Sequence record: OR228459.1
DNA: 64,000 nt
Strand: one strand, 5' to 3'
Source: Klebsiella phage fENko-Kae01
In this document: one piece after another, positions 1-9,345 of the stretch
Position numbering within the stretch: position 1 is the stretch's first letter
Layout: each line of letters starts with the position of its first letter
Made by a program: the position numbers and the translations under genes
Notes under the pieces: model-generated
What the model saw: only the letters and a program-made list of their open reading frames with translations
Told to the model about the DNA's origin: nothing
Databases searched by the model: none

Positions 1-384
1 ACCATTGAAAACATTTGTCCTAATCCGGGATGGAAAATTCAACTATACGGAATCAACGATCCAATTGATGTAGATTTTGATATTATTACTCAAAAAATGG
101 AATTAGTTGAACCTGAAAAGGTACTAGAATTCTTCGACCCAGCAGGAGTTAGCGTCGATGTACTACCTGAAACCATTCGTCTAAACACCATTTATGGTGC
201 ATTACACTTCCAGCGTGGTAGTGGTATGGTTTCCGAAAGTTATGTAAAATCTTTACTTGGTGACAAGCCACAGCTTGACAATACTCGTTTGAGTGCTATA
301 CTAGGTGAAGACTATGATGTGCTAAGATCTGGTCAACAGTATATCGTAGGAAATCGTACAGGTCAATATATTGTACTTCGCTAA
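1..384 (+). CDS. hypothetical protein (5' partial, frame open from window start)
   Basis: ORF open from nt 1 in frame 1, stop at 382-384. Confidence 0.5.
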   Translation, partial: TIENICPNPGWKIQLYGINDPIDVDFDIITQKMELVEPEKVLEFFDPAGVSVDVLPETIRLNTIYGALHFQRGSGMVSESYVKSLLGDKPQLDNTRLSAILGEDYDVLRSGQQYIVGNRTGQYIVLR

Positions 385-1181
385 TGAGAGTACTAAACAC
401 TTTATTAGCACTACATGAAACAACAAAATGCAGTAATCAAAAATCTGGTAGAGTTGGACTTAGTAAACGTTTATACGTTCGAACCTATGAAATAAATCGT
501 ATAGGTAAAGGATATGATAATATTAAACGTTTAGATGTTGGCACTGAATTAATTCTCAAAGCCTATCTTGCACGTAAAGTCTATATAAATGAAAAAAACC
601 TACGAAATGGATTCTTCTTCGAGATTGAGGATTATCATAACGAAGTAGAGTTCACAAAAGGTCTTTGGAAGATCTTTTGTATTGAAGTGTTTGGAACATA
701 CATGCCAGAATTACCCGTTCCTGAAACCTATTCAGAGTTAGAGAAAATCTTTCGTAATGATGAATTGTACTTTTCATTTTCATTGTACAAAACGGTGAAG
801 GAAGCAGTAATACACAACCAGATAAAGAACTCAAAACATTTCCAGACTATTAAGGACTTTGATTTGTTTTGTTCATTACCGGGTATTCCCGGATGGACTG
901 CACAGCAACATGGTGCTATGTTGGCTGATGGTAGAGTAGAGGCACCACAAAGACTAATGCAGGTTGCATTAGGTATGTTCAAACTTGAACACTTAGGATG
1001 CCCAGAACCGTACCAGTACTTTTGGAAAGAACGTGCAAACGCAGCAATGAATAAAGCGATTGCAGTACTACAAAAGTCATATATAGTAAAATTTAGAAAT
1101 GCCACAATGTATGATAAATCAGTCTTACCAGAAAGATTTGAACCAATCGAGACATTTGTATGGAACAAGAAAAGAGCGTAA
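384..1181 (+). CDS. hypothetical protein (265 aa)
   Basis: ATG overlaps upstream stop (TAATG); + strand tiling; terminator follows. Confidence 0.55.
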   Translation: MRVLNTLLALHETTKCSNQKSGRVGLSKRLYVRTYEINRIGKGYDNIKRLDVGTELILKAYLARKVYINEKNLRNGFFFEIEDYHNEVEFTKGLWKIFCIEVFGTYMPELPVPETYSELEKIFRNDELYFSFSLYKTVKEAVIHNQIKNSKHFQTIKDFDLFCSLPGIPGWTAQQHGAMLADGRVEAPQRLMQVALGMFKLEHLGCPEPYQYFWKERANAAMNKAIAVLQKSYIVKFRNATMYDKSVLPERFEPIETFVWNKKRA

Positions 1182-1203
1182 AAAATTACGCTCTTTTTGT
1201 TTT
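1173..1203 (+). terminator. intrinsic terminator
   Basis: hairpin agagcgtaa/ttacgctct followed by T-run. Confidence 0.6.
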
Positions 1204-1204
1204 T

Positions 1205-1240
1205 AGGGGTTGACAAGCCAACCAGATATAGATATAATTA
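1205..1240 (+). promoter_or_regulatory. sigma70-like promoter
   Basis: TTGACA-N17-TATAAT (ttgacaagccaaccagatatagatataat). Confidence 0.5.
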
Positions 1241-1300
1241 TCTCACTTTATTGAAGTACACACTTTTACTATCGAATAATCAAAAAGAGGGAAATCTCAC

Positions 1301-1735
1301 ATGACAGCTAAAATCGAATTCTTCTATACCCACGGTCACCACTACACTGCATCTGGCGTTATTGATGACAGCATTGTAACTGATGGTGATATTCTATCAT
1401 ATTCTTCTACTATTGAAAAAGAAAACCTTGACATTCGTACTATCGGTGTTACTGAAGTTAAAATGAAAGATCTTAAATTTGCCATTGTAACTTATAGTGC
1501 TGGTTCAATGTATGAAGGTTGTACTCAAATCATTCACGGTCTAGTTGAGAAGTTCGATATTATGGCAACTTTCACTGAAGCGGAAAAGATTCGTAAGCTA
1601 GAAGAATCCGAGCGTGAAGCTGAAGAACGTGCACAGTACCGCCGCCAGCGTGAAGCAGAGAAGTACGTAGAACGCCGCAAAAAACGTGCTGCTGAACGTA
1701 AAGCAGAACGTACTAAAAATGGTGCATCTAACTAA
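1301..1735 (+). CDS. hypothetical protein, highly charged Arg/Glu/Lys-rich C-terminus
   Basis: ORF 144 aa, RBS agaggga upstream. Confidence 0.55.
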   Translation: MTAKIEFFYTHGHHYTASGVIDDSIVTDGDILSYSSTIEKENLDIRTIGVTEVKMKDLKFAIVTYSAGSMYEGCTQIIHGLVEKFDIMATFTEAEKIRKLEESEREAEERAQYRRQREAEKYVERRKKRAAERKAERTKNGASN

Positions 1736-1740
1736 AAAGT

Positions 1741-1772
1741 ATTGACACCGTTTTAGTACTGACATATAATAC
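1741..1772 (+). promoter_or_regulatory. sigma70-like promoter
   Basis: ttgacaccgttttagtactgacatataat, TTGACA-N17-TATAAT. Confidence 0.5.
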
Positions 1773-1823
1773 TGTCATCAAGGGGAGCATCGTGCTCCCT
1801 TATTAATCAACAAAGGAATCGAA

Positions 1824-2957
1824 ATGAAAGGCAAATACTTTTTTATTGAAAACAGAAAAGAAATTGAAATTGCAGAATTTGATTACAAATATGTGCGGAA
1901 CGCCTTTCTAAAAGAATATGATCGTTCTGCAAACCGCAAATACTGCTACACAGTTATTGTAAGTCGTACATACGATCCAACTGGTGAACCAATTTTTGAT
2001 GTTCGGGTTCTAGACCTCAATGACATTTACTTTGACAATACTCGCTTACGTATGTTGGAAGTGATGATTGACGAAATTGGTTTTGCTAATAAACCTGAAG
2101 ATCGTCGTATTCAAAATCTTCCTATGCCTCCACTCCAGAAAGAATATCAGGAGTACTTGGAAGGTAAAAAGCGTAAAGCTGTAGTAACTGAAGTTTCTAA
2201 TCAGCTTATCGAGGTTCCACCTCCACCAGAACTTAAACGTGTTCCAGTGGCAGAAGATGATTCTCGCATCATGGCAGTGGAAGCTATGTTTTCTGATAAT
2301 GATGTAGAAGTTAAACCATTAGTAGTGCTAGATTGGGTTGATAACTTCCCTATTGCTAATCATGAAGTTACGGTTAAAATGCGTAACATGACTGAAAAGC
2401 AAATCAAAATGGCATCATCTATTAGTGCACATAGCGAGTACTTACATGGCGTTATGAATAATATCGGTTCAGTACTTGAAGAGATTTTTCCTGTTAATCC
2501 GGGGTTCTTCAAGAAAGTGTTCGGGAATACTGATTTTAAAATCGAAAAAAAGAATGTTGATTCTGTCATTGAACGTTTGACTAATGCTGTTAAAATCGAC
2601 TCTCGTCGTTTTGCTGGTTTACAGACGAATTTTGATGAAATCAAAGAAATGGCATCTGAAATCAAAGAAAACCTTGAGCAAGGTGTTATGGGCTGTAAGT
2701 TTGCCGTGGCAAGCATTGAAGATGCATACGAATTTGACATTCGTGAAGAACGTCTCATGAAAATGGGTATCGTGGCAAACCAGACACGTGCATCAATGAT
2801 GGAAGCTGAAATGAAGTTCAACATGGATATGGAACGTTTTAACGAAATCCAAACTGTGTTGCTTCCAATCCTAGTGATTCGCATTCAGTCCAGTGCAAAT
2901 TCCAAGTTGGATGATGATACGGTTAAGATTATTCGTAACATTGCAAAAAAAGATTAA
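1824..2957 (+). CDS. hypothetical protein (377 aa)
   Basis: long ORF, RBS aaggaa upstream. Confidence 0.6.
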   Translation: MKGKYFFIENRKEIEIAEFDYKYVRNAFLKEYDRSANRKYCYTVIVSRTYDPTGEPIFDVRVLDLNDIYFDNTRLRMLEVMIDEIGFANKPEDRRIQNLPMPPLQKEYQEYLEGKKRKAVVTEVSNQLIEVPPPPELKRVPVAEDDSRIMAVEAMFSDNDVEVKPLVVLDWVDNFPIANHEVTVKMRNMTEKQIKMASSISAHSEYLHGVMNNIGSVLEEIFPVNPGFFKKVFGNTDFKIEKKNVDSVIERLTNAVKIDSRRFAGLQTNFDEIKEMASEIKENLEQGVMGCKFAVASIEDAYEFDIREERLMKMGIVANQTRASMMEAEMKFNMDMERFNEIQTVLLPILVIRIQSSANSKLDDDTVKIIRNIAKKD

Positions 2958-2964
2958 AATTGTA

Positions 2965-2996
2965 GTTGACACCATTTTGTAGTGCTGTATAATGTT
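2965..2996 (+). promoter_or_regulatory. sigma70-like promoter
   Basis: ttgacaccattttgtagtgctgtataat. Confidence 0.5.
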
Positions 2997-3046
2997 TACA
3001 TCAAGACAAGCAGCACTACTTATTAACTAAACATGAGGAATACATA

Positions 3047-4189
3047 ATGTCCGAAAAAGATATCACTCCAGCAACTAAACCTGTTCGCAAATCTGCTACT
3101 CGTAAAACTACTACCAAAGCGAAAGCGAAAGATAAAGTAGTTGTTCAGAGTGATGTTATCGAACAATCTGAAAAGCAGCTTCCAGCACTCGTCACTTCCA
3201 AAGGTGAGAAAATGGAACTAACTATCTCTAATATTCATCAGTTTGGTATGGATGCAGGTGCAAGCATTTCTACCCTAAACGACCAAATCCTTAACCGTGT
3301 TAAAGTTGCGGATAGTGGTGAATTTGGCGAGAGCGTGAATAACATTCTTGCATTGACTCGTAGTGTTGATATCGAATCACTTGGTACACCACGTAAAGGT
3401 ATTGTTGGAAAATTCCTTGGTTTTTTCCGTGATGCAAAACGTCAAGTTACTGATCAGCTTAACACCAGCTACGATCAAATTCAGGAAATTGTTAAAACCC
3501 TTGATGGTGGCGTAGCTCGTATGGAAGATGAATCACGTTGGCTTGAGCGTGTATACAATGCAAACATCGAAAACCTTCATGAATTGAAAGCATCGCTTGC
3601 TAGCATTGAAGACGTAAAAGGCCCACAAGAAGAACTGCTCAATCAAATGCGTTTGAATGATGATATTGAAGTTGAGAAGTTTGAAGAACAAAAACTAATC
3701 GTTGAAGCACTAGATAAACAAGCTGATAAGGTACGTCGCTTGATTACTCTATCTCAACTCATGGCACCACAGATTATGTCCATGCGTAAAGTTAACACCA
3801 ACACGCATGAGAAGTACCAGACTCTAATCACCACGACTATTCCAGCGTGGAAAACACAGATGAGCCTTGGTCTAATCAGTGATGCACAACGTAAAGATAA
3901 CGAGCTTTCTGATAAGATTGACAACCAGACTAACCTACTACTATCTACCAACGCAGATACTGTAGCTAAGAACATGGTTGATTCTGCGAAAGCTAACCAA
4001 CGTGGGGTGGTTGATTTGGATACACTACGTAAAGTACAGAACACTATGCTCAAAGGTATTACCGATACCATTGCAGTTGAACAAAGTGGTGCTGCTGAAC
4101 GTGAAAAAGCAAAACTCGAAATGGAAGCAATGGATCGTGATTTGAAAAATGCTCTATTAGAGATTGCTGAAAAAACTCACAAGAAATAA
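3047..4189 (+). CDS. hypothetical coiled-coil protein (380 aa), basic N-terminus
   Basis: long ORF, RBS gaggaa; strong terminator follows; weak resemblance to TelA-like toxic-anion-resistance proteins, not verified. Confidence 0.55.
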   Translation: MSEKDITPATKPVRKSATRKTTTKAKAKDKVVVQSDVIEQSEKQLPALVTSKGEKMELTISNIHQFGMDAGASISTLNDQILNRVKVADSGEFGESVNNILALTRSVDIESLGTPRKGIVGKFLGFFRDAKRQVTDQLNTSYDQIQEIVKTLDGGVARMEDESRWLERVYNANIENLHELKASLASIEDVKGPQEELLNQMRLNDDIEVEKFEEQKLIVEALDKQADKVRRLITLSQLMAPQIMSMRKVNTNTHEKYQTLITTTIPAWKTQMSLGLISDAQRKDNELSDKIDNQTNLLLSTNADTVAKNMVDSAKANQRGVVDLDTLRKVQNTMLKGITDTIAVEQSGAAEREKAKLEMEAMDRDLKNALLEIAEKTHKK

Positions 4190-4196
4190 TAAAATA

Positions 4197-4222
4197 AAGG
4201 AGGCGAAAGCCTCCTTTTTCGT
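4197..4222 (+). terminator. intrinsic terminator
   Basis: aaggaggc-gaaa-gcctcctt GNRA hairpin plus T-run. Confidence 0.7.
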
Positions 4223-4233
4223 AGGAGAAAAAA

Positions 4234-4932
4234 ATGGAAAGACGTGATGTAACAATTGATATTGAAACATGGGGTACTCCAGAGAATAGTGGATATAACA
4301 TTATTATCCCAAACTATGCATTAGTTGTAGTACCTGAAGAACCAAGAACATATGATCTAGAATGGATGTATGTTCAAATGCCAATTCAACCACAAATCAA
4401 TAAAGGTTTATCCCTAGATGCAGATGCACTTTCTTTCTGGCACGATATGTGTGCAAAAGAATATTCACGTGCCTATGAGGAAATGAAAAAATCTCTTACA
4501 TTGAATACGTGTGAGATTCGTACACGCAACTATGCACCAACTGCTAGTAAAGGTGATAGTCCGATGAAAGTGAATGACCCTACTACTATGGTAGAGTTCT
4601 TTATTTCCAACTACAGTAGAAATACTGGCAAACTATGGGGTAATGGTTGTAACTTCGATTGCAGCATTCTTCAAGAGAATCACCGTGTAATGTACAATAA
4701 CGGTAAAATGTGGCGATATGACGCACCACAGAACGCTAGGAGCCTTAAAGACCTTCTAAGTGATGAAGAACGTGCTGAAATGGATAGCATCGTACAGGAC
4801 TATCTAGGACGTTTTGAGACCACTGTTCGTGTGGAATGTGGCTTGACAAATCTTCAATTACACCATCCCCTTTATGATGCAGCACGGGAAGCCCTTCAAG
4901 TTTCATATTGTCGTATGAAGAAAAAAGGTTGA
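4234..4932 (+). CDS. DEDDh-family 3'-5' exonuclease (DnaQ-like, T4 DexA-like)
   Basis: Exo I motif TIDIETWGT, Exo II FDCSIL, Exo III HHPLYDAAREAL. Confidence 0.6.
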   Translation: MERRDVTIDIETWGTPENSGYNIIIPNYALVVVPEEPRTYDLEWMYVQMPIQPQINKGLSLDADALSFWHDMCAKEYSRAYEEMKKSLTLNTCEIRTRNYAPTASKGDSPMKVNDPTTMVEFFISNYSRNTGKLWGNGCNFDCSILQENHRVMYNNGKMWRYDAPQNARSLKDLLSDEERAEMDSIVQDYLGRFETTVRVECGLTNLQLHHPLYDAAREALQVSYCRMKKKG

Positions 4933-4962
4933 CAGTACTAGCAGGGTGGGCTATAATCTTAG
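4930..4962 (+). promoter_or_regulatory. sigma70-like promoter
   Basis: ttgacagtactagcagggtgggctataat. Confidence 0.45.
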
Positions 4963-4987
4963 CTCACCCAAATTAAGAGGATAAATC

Positions 4988-6085
4988 ATGCTTGATTTCG
5001 CCATTCTCTTCATACCAGCATTTCTTGTTATGGTTGGTATGAAGATGCTGTACGATCATAAGATTACACCAAAAGAATTAGGTATTCATTTAGCTGCAAT
5101 CATTGTTGGTGCTGCTGTTATATTAGGAATCAACTACTACTTTCTGTATAGTGATTTACAAGATATTGAAGTACTGAACGGTGAAGTAACAGGTAAGTAC
5201 AAACATACTGAAATTTGTTCTGAATATAGTTCTTGTAAGAATTATCATTACAAAGAAAAATGCAGAACTACCTACGACAGCAAAGGACGTTCGCATCGTA
5301 GTTGTGTATCATATAAAGTTTTTGACTACCCAACTGAATACGATTGGTACGTTACTACTTCAATAGGTGAAATTGAAATAAAGCGTGTTAACCGCCGGGG
5401 TGATGTAATGCCGGATCGCTATCGTATCGCAATGATTGGTGAACCTGCATCAGTACCACATCAATACACAAACTATCTTTGGGCTGATAAACATTCTTTG
5501 TTTGCACCTGAAGACTTTGAAACAAAGTATCCAGATGATTACAAGAAAGGAATTCCAAGTTATCCATTAGTTTATGATTATTATAGGACTAATCACGTTG
5601 TTAACTTGACCAATATTCCATCATTAGGGTATAATGAATATATATCTGAAGTACTTAAAAAAGCCGGAAAAGACAAACAATTGAATATGACTATTGTTAT
5701 GTACGATAGTTCTGACCATGAGTTTGTTGATGCCACGATGACCAAATGGCGTGGCGGTAAGAAGAATGATGTACTTATGTTCTTTGGTGTTGATAAAGAA
5801 GGTAATGTAAACAAATTCTTCAGCACATCTTTCGCTGGTGGTATGAAAAACGAAATGCTTCACGCAACTATGCGTATTGATGCATTGAGCGAGAAAATGT
5901 CGCTTGACTTATTGAAGAAACAGGTATATACTGTACTTCAGAAATACGAAAGATTACCTAACGAGGAATTCAAGTACATGAAATATAAACTTGAACCTAA
6001 GAAGGAAATCATCGTGGCATGTAGCGTAGTGCTACTACTTATCTCACTGTTTATTGGTTTTTATATGAGGGACAATGATCTATGA
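4988..6085 (+). CDS. membrane protein with N- and C-terminal TM helices (365 aa)
   Basis: hydrophobic segments at both ends; RBS aagagga. Confidence 0.55.
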   Translation: MLDFAILFIPAFLVMVGMKMLYDHKITPKELGIHLAAIIVGAAVILGINYYFLYSDLQDIEVLNGEVTGKYKHTEICSEYSSCKNYHYKEKCRTTYDSKGRSHRSCVSYKVFDYPTEYDWYVTTSIGEIEIKRVNRRGDVMPDRYRIAMIGEPASVPHQYTNYLWADKHSLFAPEDFETKYPDDYKKGIPSYPLVYDYYRTNHVVNLTNIPSLGYNEYISEVLKKAGKDKQLNMTIVMYDSSDHEFVDATMTKWRGGKKNDVLMFFGVDKEGNVNKFFSTSFAGGMKNEMLHATMRIDALSEKMSLDLLKKQVYTVLQKYERLPNEEFKYMKYKLEPKKEIIVACSVVLLLISLFIGFYMRDNDL

Positions 6086-6642
6086 AAAACGCACTTATCG
6101 CCGTTATCGCACTATTCGTCGTGATTGTACTTGGCGTAGCAGGTGTAGTTGGTATGTACAGCAGCAAGCATGATCAGGCTGTTAGTTTCGAAAGTAACAT
6201 TAAACGCTATTACGATGCTTCCGAAAATGATTTGAGTACTTACACACTAACCATCAAAGAGAAAACACAAATTTCCGATATGTATGTTAGTGACCTACGT
6301 TCAGTAATTGGTGAGTACTTTAACGGTAAGCAAGGTGTTACTGAAAAACAAGTAATGTCCTTTATCCAACAACACATTCCAAACTTGGATAGCAAGATTT
6401 ATCAAGAACTAATGGCAACAATTGAAGCGGGACGTAAACAGTTCAGCAATACACAAAAGATGAAAATTGATCAGTGTGCGTCATATGATAAATTCCTAAA
6501 AGGTTTCTGGAACAGTAAGATCGTTGACCGTACACAGTTCCCGTCTGCAAACATTTCTAAGTACTGTGTAGTAGTTTCAGATAAGCAGACTCGTACTGCA
6601 ATGGAAACTGGTATTCAAGAACCAATTAGTTTGAAAAAGTAA
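6082..6642 (+). CDS. membrane-anchored hypothetical protein (186 aa)
   Basis: ATGA overlap with upstream gene; N-terminal TM. Confidence 0.55.
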   Translation: MKNALIAVIALFVVIVLGVAGVVGMYSSKHDQAVSFESNIKRYYDASENDLSTYTLTIKEKTQISDMYVSDLRSVIGEYFNGKQGVTEKQVMSFIQQHIPNLDSKIYQELMATIEAGRKQFSNTQKMKIDQCASYDKFLKGFWNSKIVDRTQFPSANISKYCVVVSDKQTRTAMETGIQEPISLKK

Positions 6643-6650
6643 TTTAATAT

Positions 6651-6680
6651 GCGAGTGCTTAGAGGCACTCGTTTTTTTTA
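6651..6680 (+). terminator. intrinsic terminator
   Basis: cgagtgc..gcactcg hairpin plus T8. Confidence 0.65.
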
Positions 6681-6692
6681 TATAGGTGAAAT

Positions 6693-7289
6693 ATGAAAAT
6701 AAATTTTGATACATGGATGGATTGTACTTATAAAGCTATTCAACTAGTTCAGGATATAGGTCGTAATGTTTTCTATCATAATCCATTTTACAAATCTCCA
6801 CACGTATCGTTTGAAAGAATAGATGGTCGATACCACATTACTATTTCTAGAGAACTTACACGCGAAGAACAATTAGAAAGTGAAAAAGATTCACTTTCAT
6901 CTAATTCAGTTGGATGGGCAATCGGTACTATTACCTCTACTACAATATCAAGTAATACAATCACTTTACCACCTATCATTACAATTAAACTTGTCATCGA
7001 TGGTTGCTGGAGAATACAATCCATTCAATGGATTAAAAAAACTGGTCGTGGGTTGGCGATTATCAACACCTATTCGAGTGAATATGATTCATGGAAACTT
7101 GCAGATGGTGGCGGTGAAATTGTAAACTCTATTCTTTTTATTGAAAAAGGAATTGTTGTAGACGGAAAAGTATATACTGACGAAAACCCAGATGCGTTTA
7201 TGAATGATATTAGTACTGATGAAGTACGATGCTTAGATTTACTTCATATGCGTGAAAAATATAAAGAATCATTGTTTGGAACAGACTAA
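6693..7289 (+). CDS. hypothetical protein (198 aa)
   Basis: ORF, RBS ggtg upstream. Confidence 0.5.
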   Translation: MKINFDTWMDCTYKAIQLVQDIGRNVFYHNPFYKSPHVSFERIDGRYHITISRELTREEQLESEKDSLSSNSVGWAIGTITSTTISSNTITLPPIITIKLVIDGCWRIQSIQWIKKTGRGLAIINTYSSEYDSWKLADGGGEIVNSILFIEKGIVVDGKVYTDENPDAFMNDISTDEVRCLDLLHMREKYKESLFGTD

Positions 7290-7290
7290 T

Positions 7291-7845
7291 ATGAATTTTT
7301 TACCAACTCTTAATAGTATTATGAGAAAATCTCTATATAATAAACTAGAGGCAACTTTAGCAATTATCGAAGCATTTGATTTTAGTGTTTTTGAAAATCT
7401 TGATGAAGAACAATTATCTATTCATGATATTAATATAACAATATCAAAAGAAAATAGATTTATATTTAGTAAGACTTATCGTATTGAAATTGTTTCTGAT
7501 GCTAGTGATCATTATTATCGATATGAAAACCCACATAATCTTTACATAAATGGTAGATATGAACCAATGTTTGTTGATGTGACATTTAAAGCCCTAATCA
7601 ATGATTGTAAATTAAAACGCATTGAAATGCGAATACAAGGCCAGTCATACAACAATGACCGATTGTTGAATATTTTGGTTGGGAAAGAAAAAATCTTGAT
7701 TAACAGCGAATGGTTTGATATAATGGGTCTCGAAGAGAAGATTTTTCAAATGAGTACTGTTAAGTCACCTGAACCATTTGACTTACCATCCATTGGGGAA
7801 ATGTTCAGAAAACTCCACTTATTCAACGACAGAGGCGAAAAATGA
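7291..7845 (+). CDS. hypothetical protein
   Basis: ORF; internal ATG 7291 chosen to avoid overlap; the 7252 start is also possible. Confidence 0.45.
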   Translation: MNFLPTLNSIMRKSLYNKLEATLAIIEAFDFSVFENLDEEQLSIHDINITISKENRFIFSKTYRIEIVSDASDHYYRYENPHNLYINGRYEPMFVDVTFKALINDCKLKRIEMRIQGQSYNNDRLLNILVGKEKILINSEWFDIMGLEEKIFQMSTVKSPEPFDLPSIGEMFRKLHLFNDRGEK

Positions 7846-8219
7846 TTTGGATTGCATTGATAGTTGTAGTATCTCTATATTTTCTATATTTTGTACTACG
7901 CAGTTGTGCAGTACTACAAGGTCTTTATTTCAAAACTGACACTAAATCAGTTGCAGGTTTAATTGGTGACTATCCAAAAATCTGTATTGGTGTCGTAATA
8001 TTCTTTGTACTAATCAACATCTATGATTACAAGAAACACGTAGTCAGTATGTATGATTGTTCAGTACAGAAGACTATTCACAAAGCAGCAAATAGTGAAT
8101 ACTCATGGTATAATGGAGAGTGCAACTTCCAAGATAAGAATGGTGTATTCATTAACATGAAGCGTGTACGTGGTCTACCCGAAGGTACTGCTGACCACGC
8201 AGATGATGATTTACAATAA
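7842..8219 (+). CDS. small membrane protein (125 aa)
   Basis: ATGA overlap; two TM segments. Confidence 0.5.
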   Translation: MIWIALIVVVSLYFLYFVLRSCAVLQGLYFKTDTKSVAGLIGDYPKICIGVVIFFVLINIYDYKKHVVSMYDCSVQKTIHKAANSEYSWYNGECNFQDKNGVFINMKRVRGLPEGTADHADDDLQ

Positions 8220-8228
8220 GGTAAAAAT

Positions 8229-8723
8229 ATGTTTGAATGGGATCAAGAGAAGTACTTTGATCCTACCGAGGACGGTTTAACTCACATCAATACATATAGT
8301 AAAGGAAGAACCGTATTGGGGAGGATGCTATCAAATTTTGCATACTCCCCTTTTGTGTATGAACCATACGGGAAATTTGATTCAGTTGAGGGATTCTGGT
8401 ACTGGTACTTAACTGGACAGAAGCATGAAGACTTGAGAACAGTAAGTGGTTCATATGCTAAAGTACTTGGTAGGAAATATGAAAGTGATAGGGTAGAACA
8501 TTCTCTCACTGAAGAAACAATTGAAGTAATGCAAGGTGCAATGATTAGTAAGATTGCACAGAATAAAGAACTACAGGAAATGTTAATTAGTAGTACTTTG
8601 CCTCTATGTCATTACTATTTCATGTATGGACGTGTCATAAATCCCTTTGATGGTCATGATTGGTTCTCCGAGACATTGGAGGATATTCGGACGGTATTGA
8701 AACTTGGGACAAATGATGTTTAA
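8229..8723 (+). CDS. NADAR/YbiA-like (DUF1768) domain protein
   Basis: motifs LSNFAYSPF, SVEGFWYW, AKVLGRK typical of NADAR N-glycosidase family. Confidence 0.55.
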   Translation: MFEWDQEKYFDPTEDGLTHINTYSKGRTVLGRMLSNFAYSPFVYEPYGKFDSVEGFWYWYLTGQKHEDLRTVSGSYAKVLGRKYESDRVEHSLTEETIEVMQGAMISKIAQNKELQEMLISSTLPLCHYYFMYGRVINPFDGHDWFSETLEDIRTVLKLGTNDV

Positions 8724-8734
8724 TGTGATATAAT
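8704..8734 (+). promoter_or_regulatory. conserved phage promoter TTGGGACAAA-N13-TGTGATATAAT
   Basis: copy 1 of 11; immediately upstream of ncRNA copy A. Confidence 0.6.
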
Positions 8735-8787
8735 ATGTGTAGATATAACAATTGTGGCTGCTTTATGCAGACGTACTAAAACCGAAA

Positions 8788-9232
8788 CCCTTGAAAACGT
8801 AAAGGGACGATGAGCATGACCACACATGCGAAGTGCAGATGAAACCCGCTCGGCGGCAATGCGGCACTATAAAAGGACACGTAAGGCACGTTAAGTCCTC
8901 TTGATAGACATATGAGGTCACTCACCAAAATGCTAAGGGAGACGTTTATACGTCGCATATAGAGCTTGATCGAATAGGCTTTGTATGATGTGGACTAAGA
9001 CCCCGACCGTTGCATATGACTGTGATAGAGAGAAACAGAGCAACCCGCTTTCGTTCTTTGACCAGTTTTAGTACGCTATAGTTGTATCTAAAATTCAGAG
9101 AAATTCACAATTCGATAATTCCGAGGCTACCAGCGTCAGAATCAATAATCAATAATCAGTACTTTAATTAGTACTTTTTTATTGTCTTCATTCCCCAATG
9201 GGGGGATGAAATTGCCTCTACAAACCTCGTCA
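8788..9232 (+). ncRNA. large structured non-coding RNA-like element, paralog A
   Basis: no ORF; downstream of strong promoter; homologous to 55989-56375 with compensatory stem changes. Confidence 0.55.
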
Positions 9233-9345
9233 GGAATAAAAGTACAATATGAATTGAGTTACGATAATACGAACGTAGTGAGTATTAAGAGTAACGAAAA
9301 TTCTTAGACAATCGTAGATTGGCTAATTAGACAATAGGAACAATA

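Noticed and set aside
3047-4189. TelA-like toxic-anion-resistance protein call for the 380-aa coiled-coil ORF
   Set aside because: It rests on length and general composition only, with no motif I can verify from memory. It is kept as hypothetical.
8788-9232. Group I or group II self-splicing intron as the identity of the paralogous structured elements
   Set aside because: Neither copy interrupts a recognisable split gene, since the flanking ORFs are complete and unrelated. I could not find convincing P7/P3 or domain V consensus by eye. An intron is not strictly excluded without a covariance-model scan.
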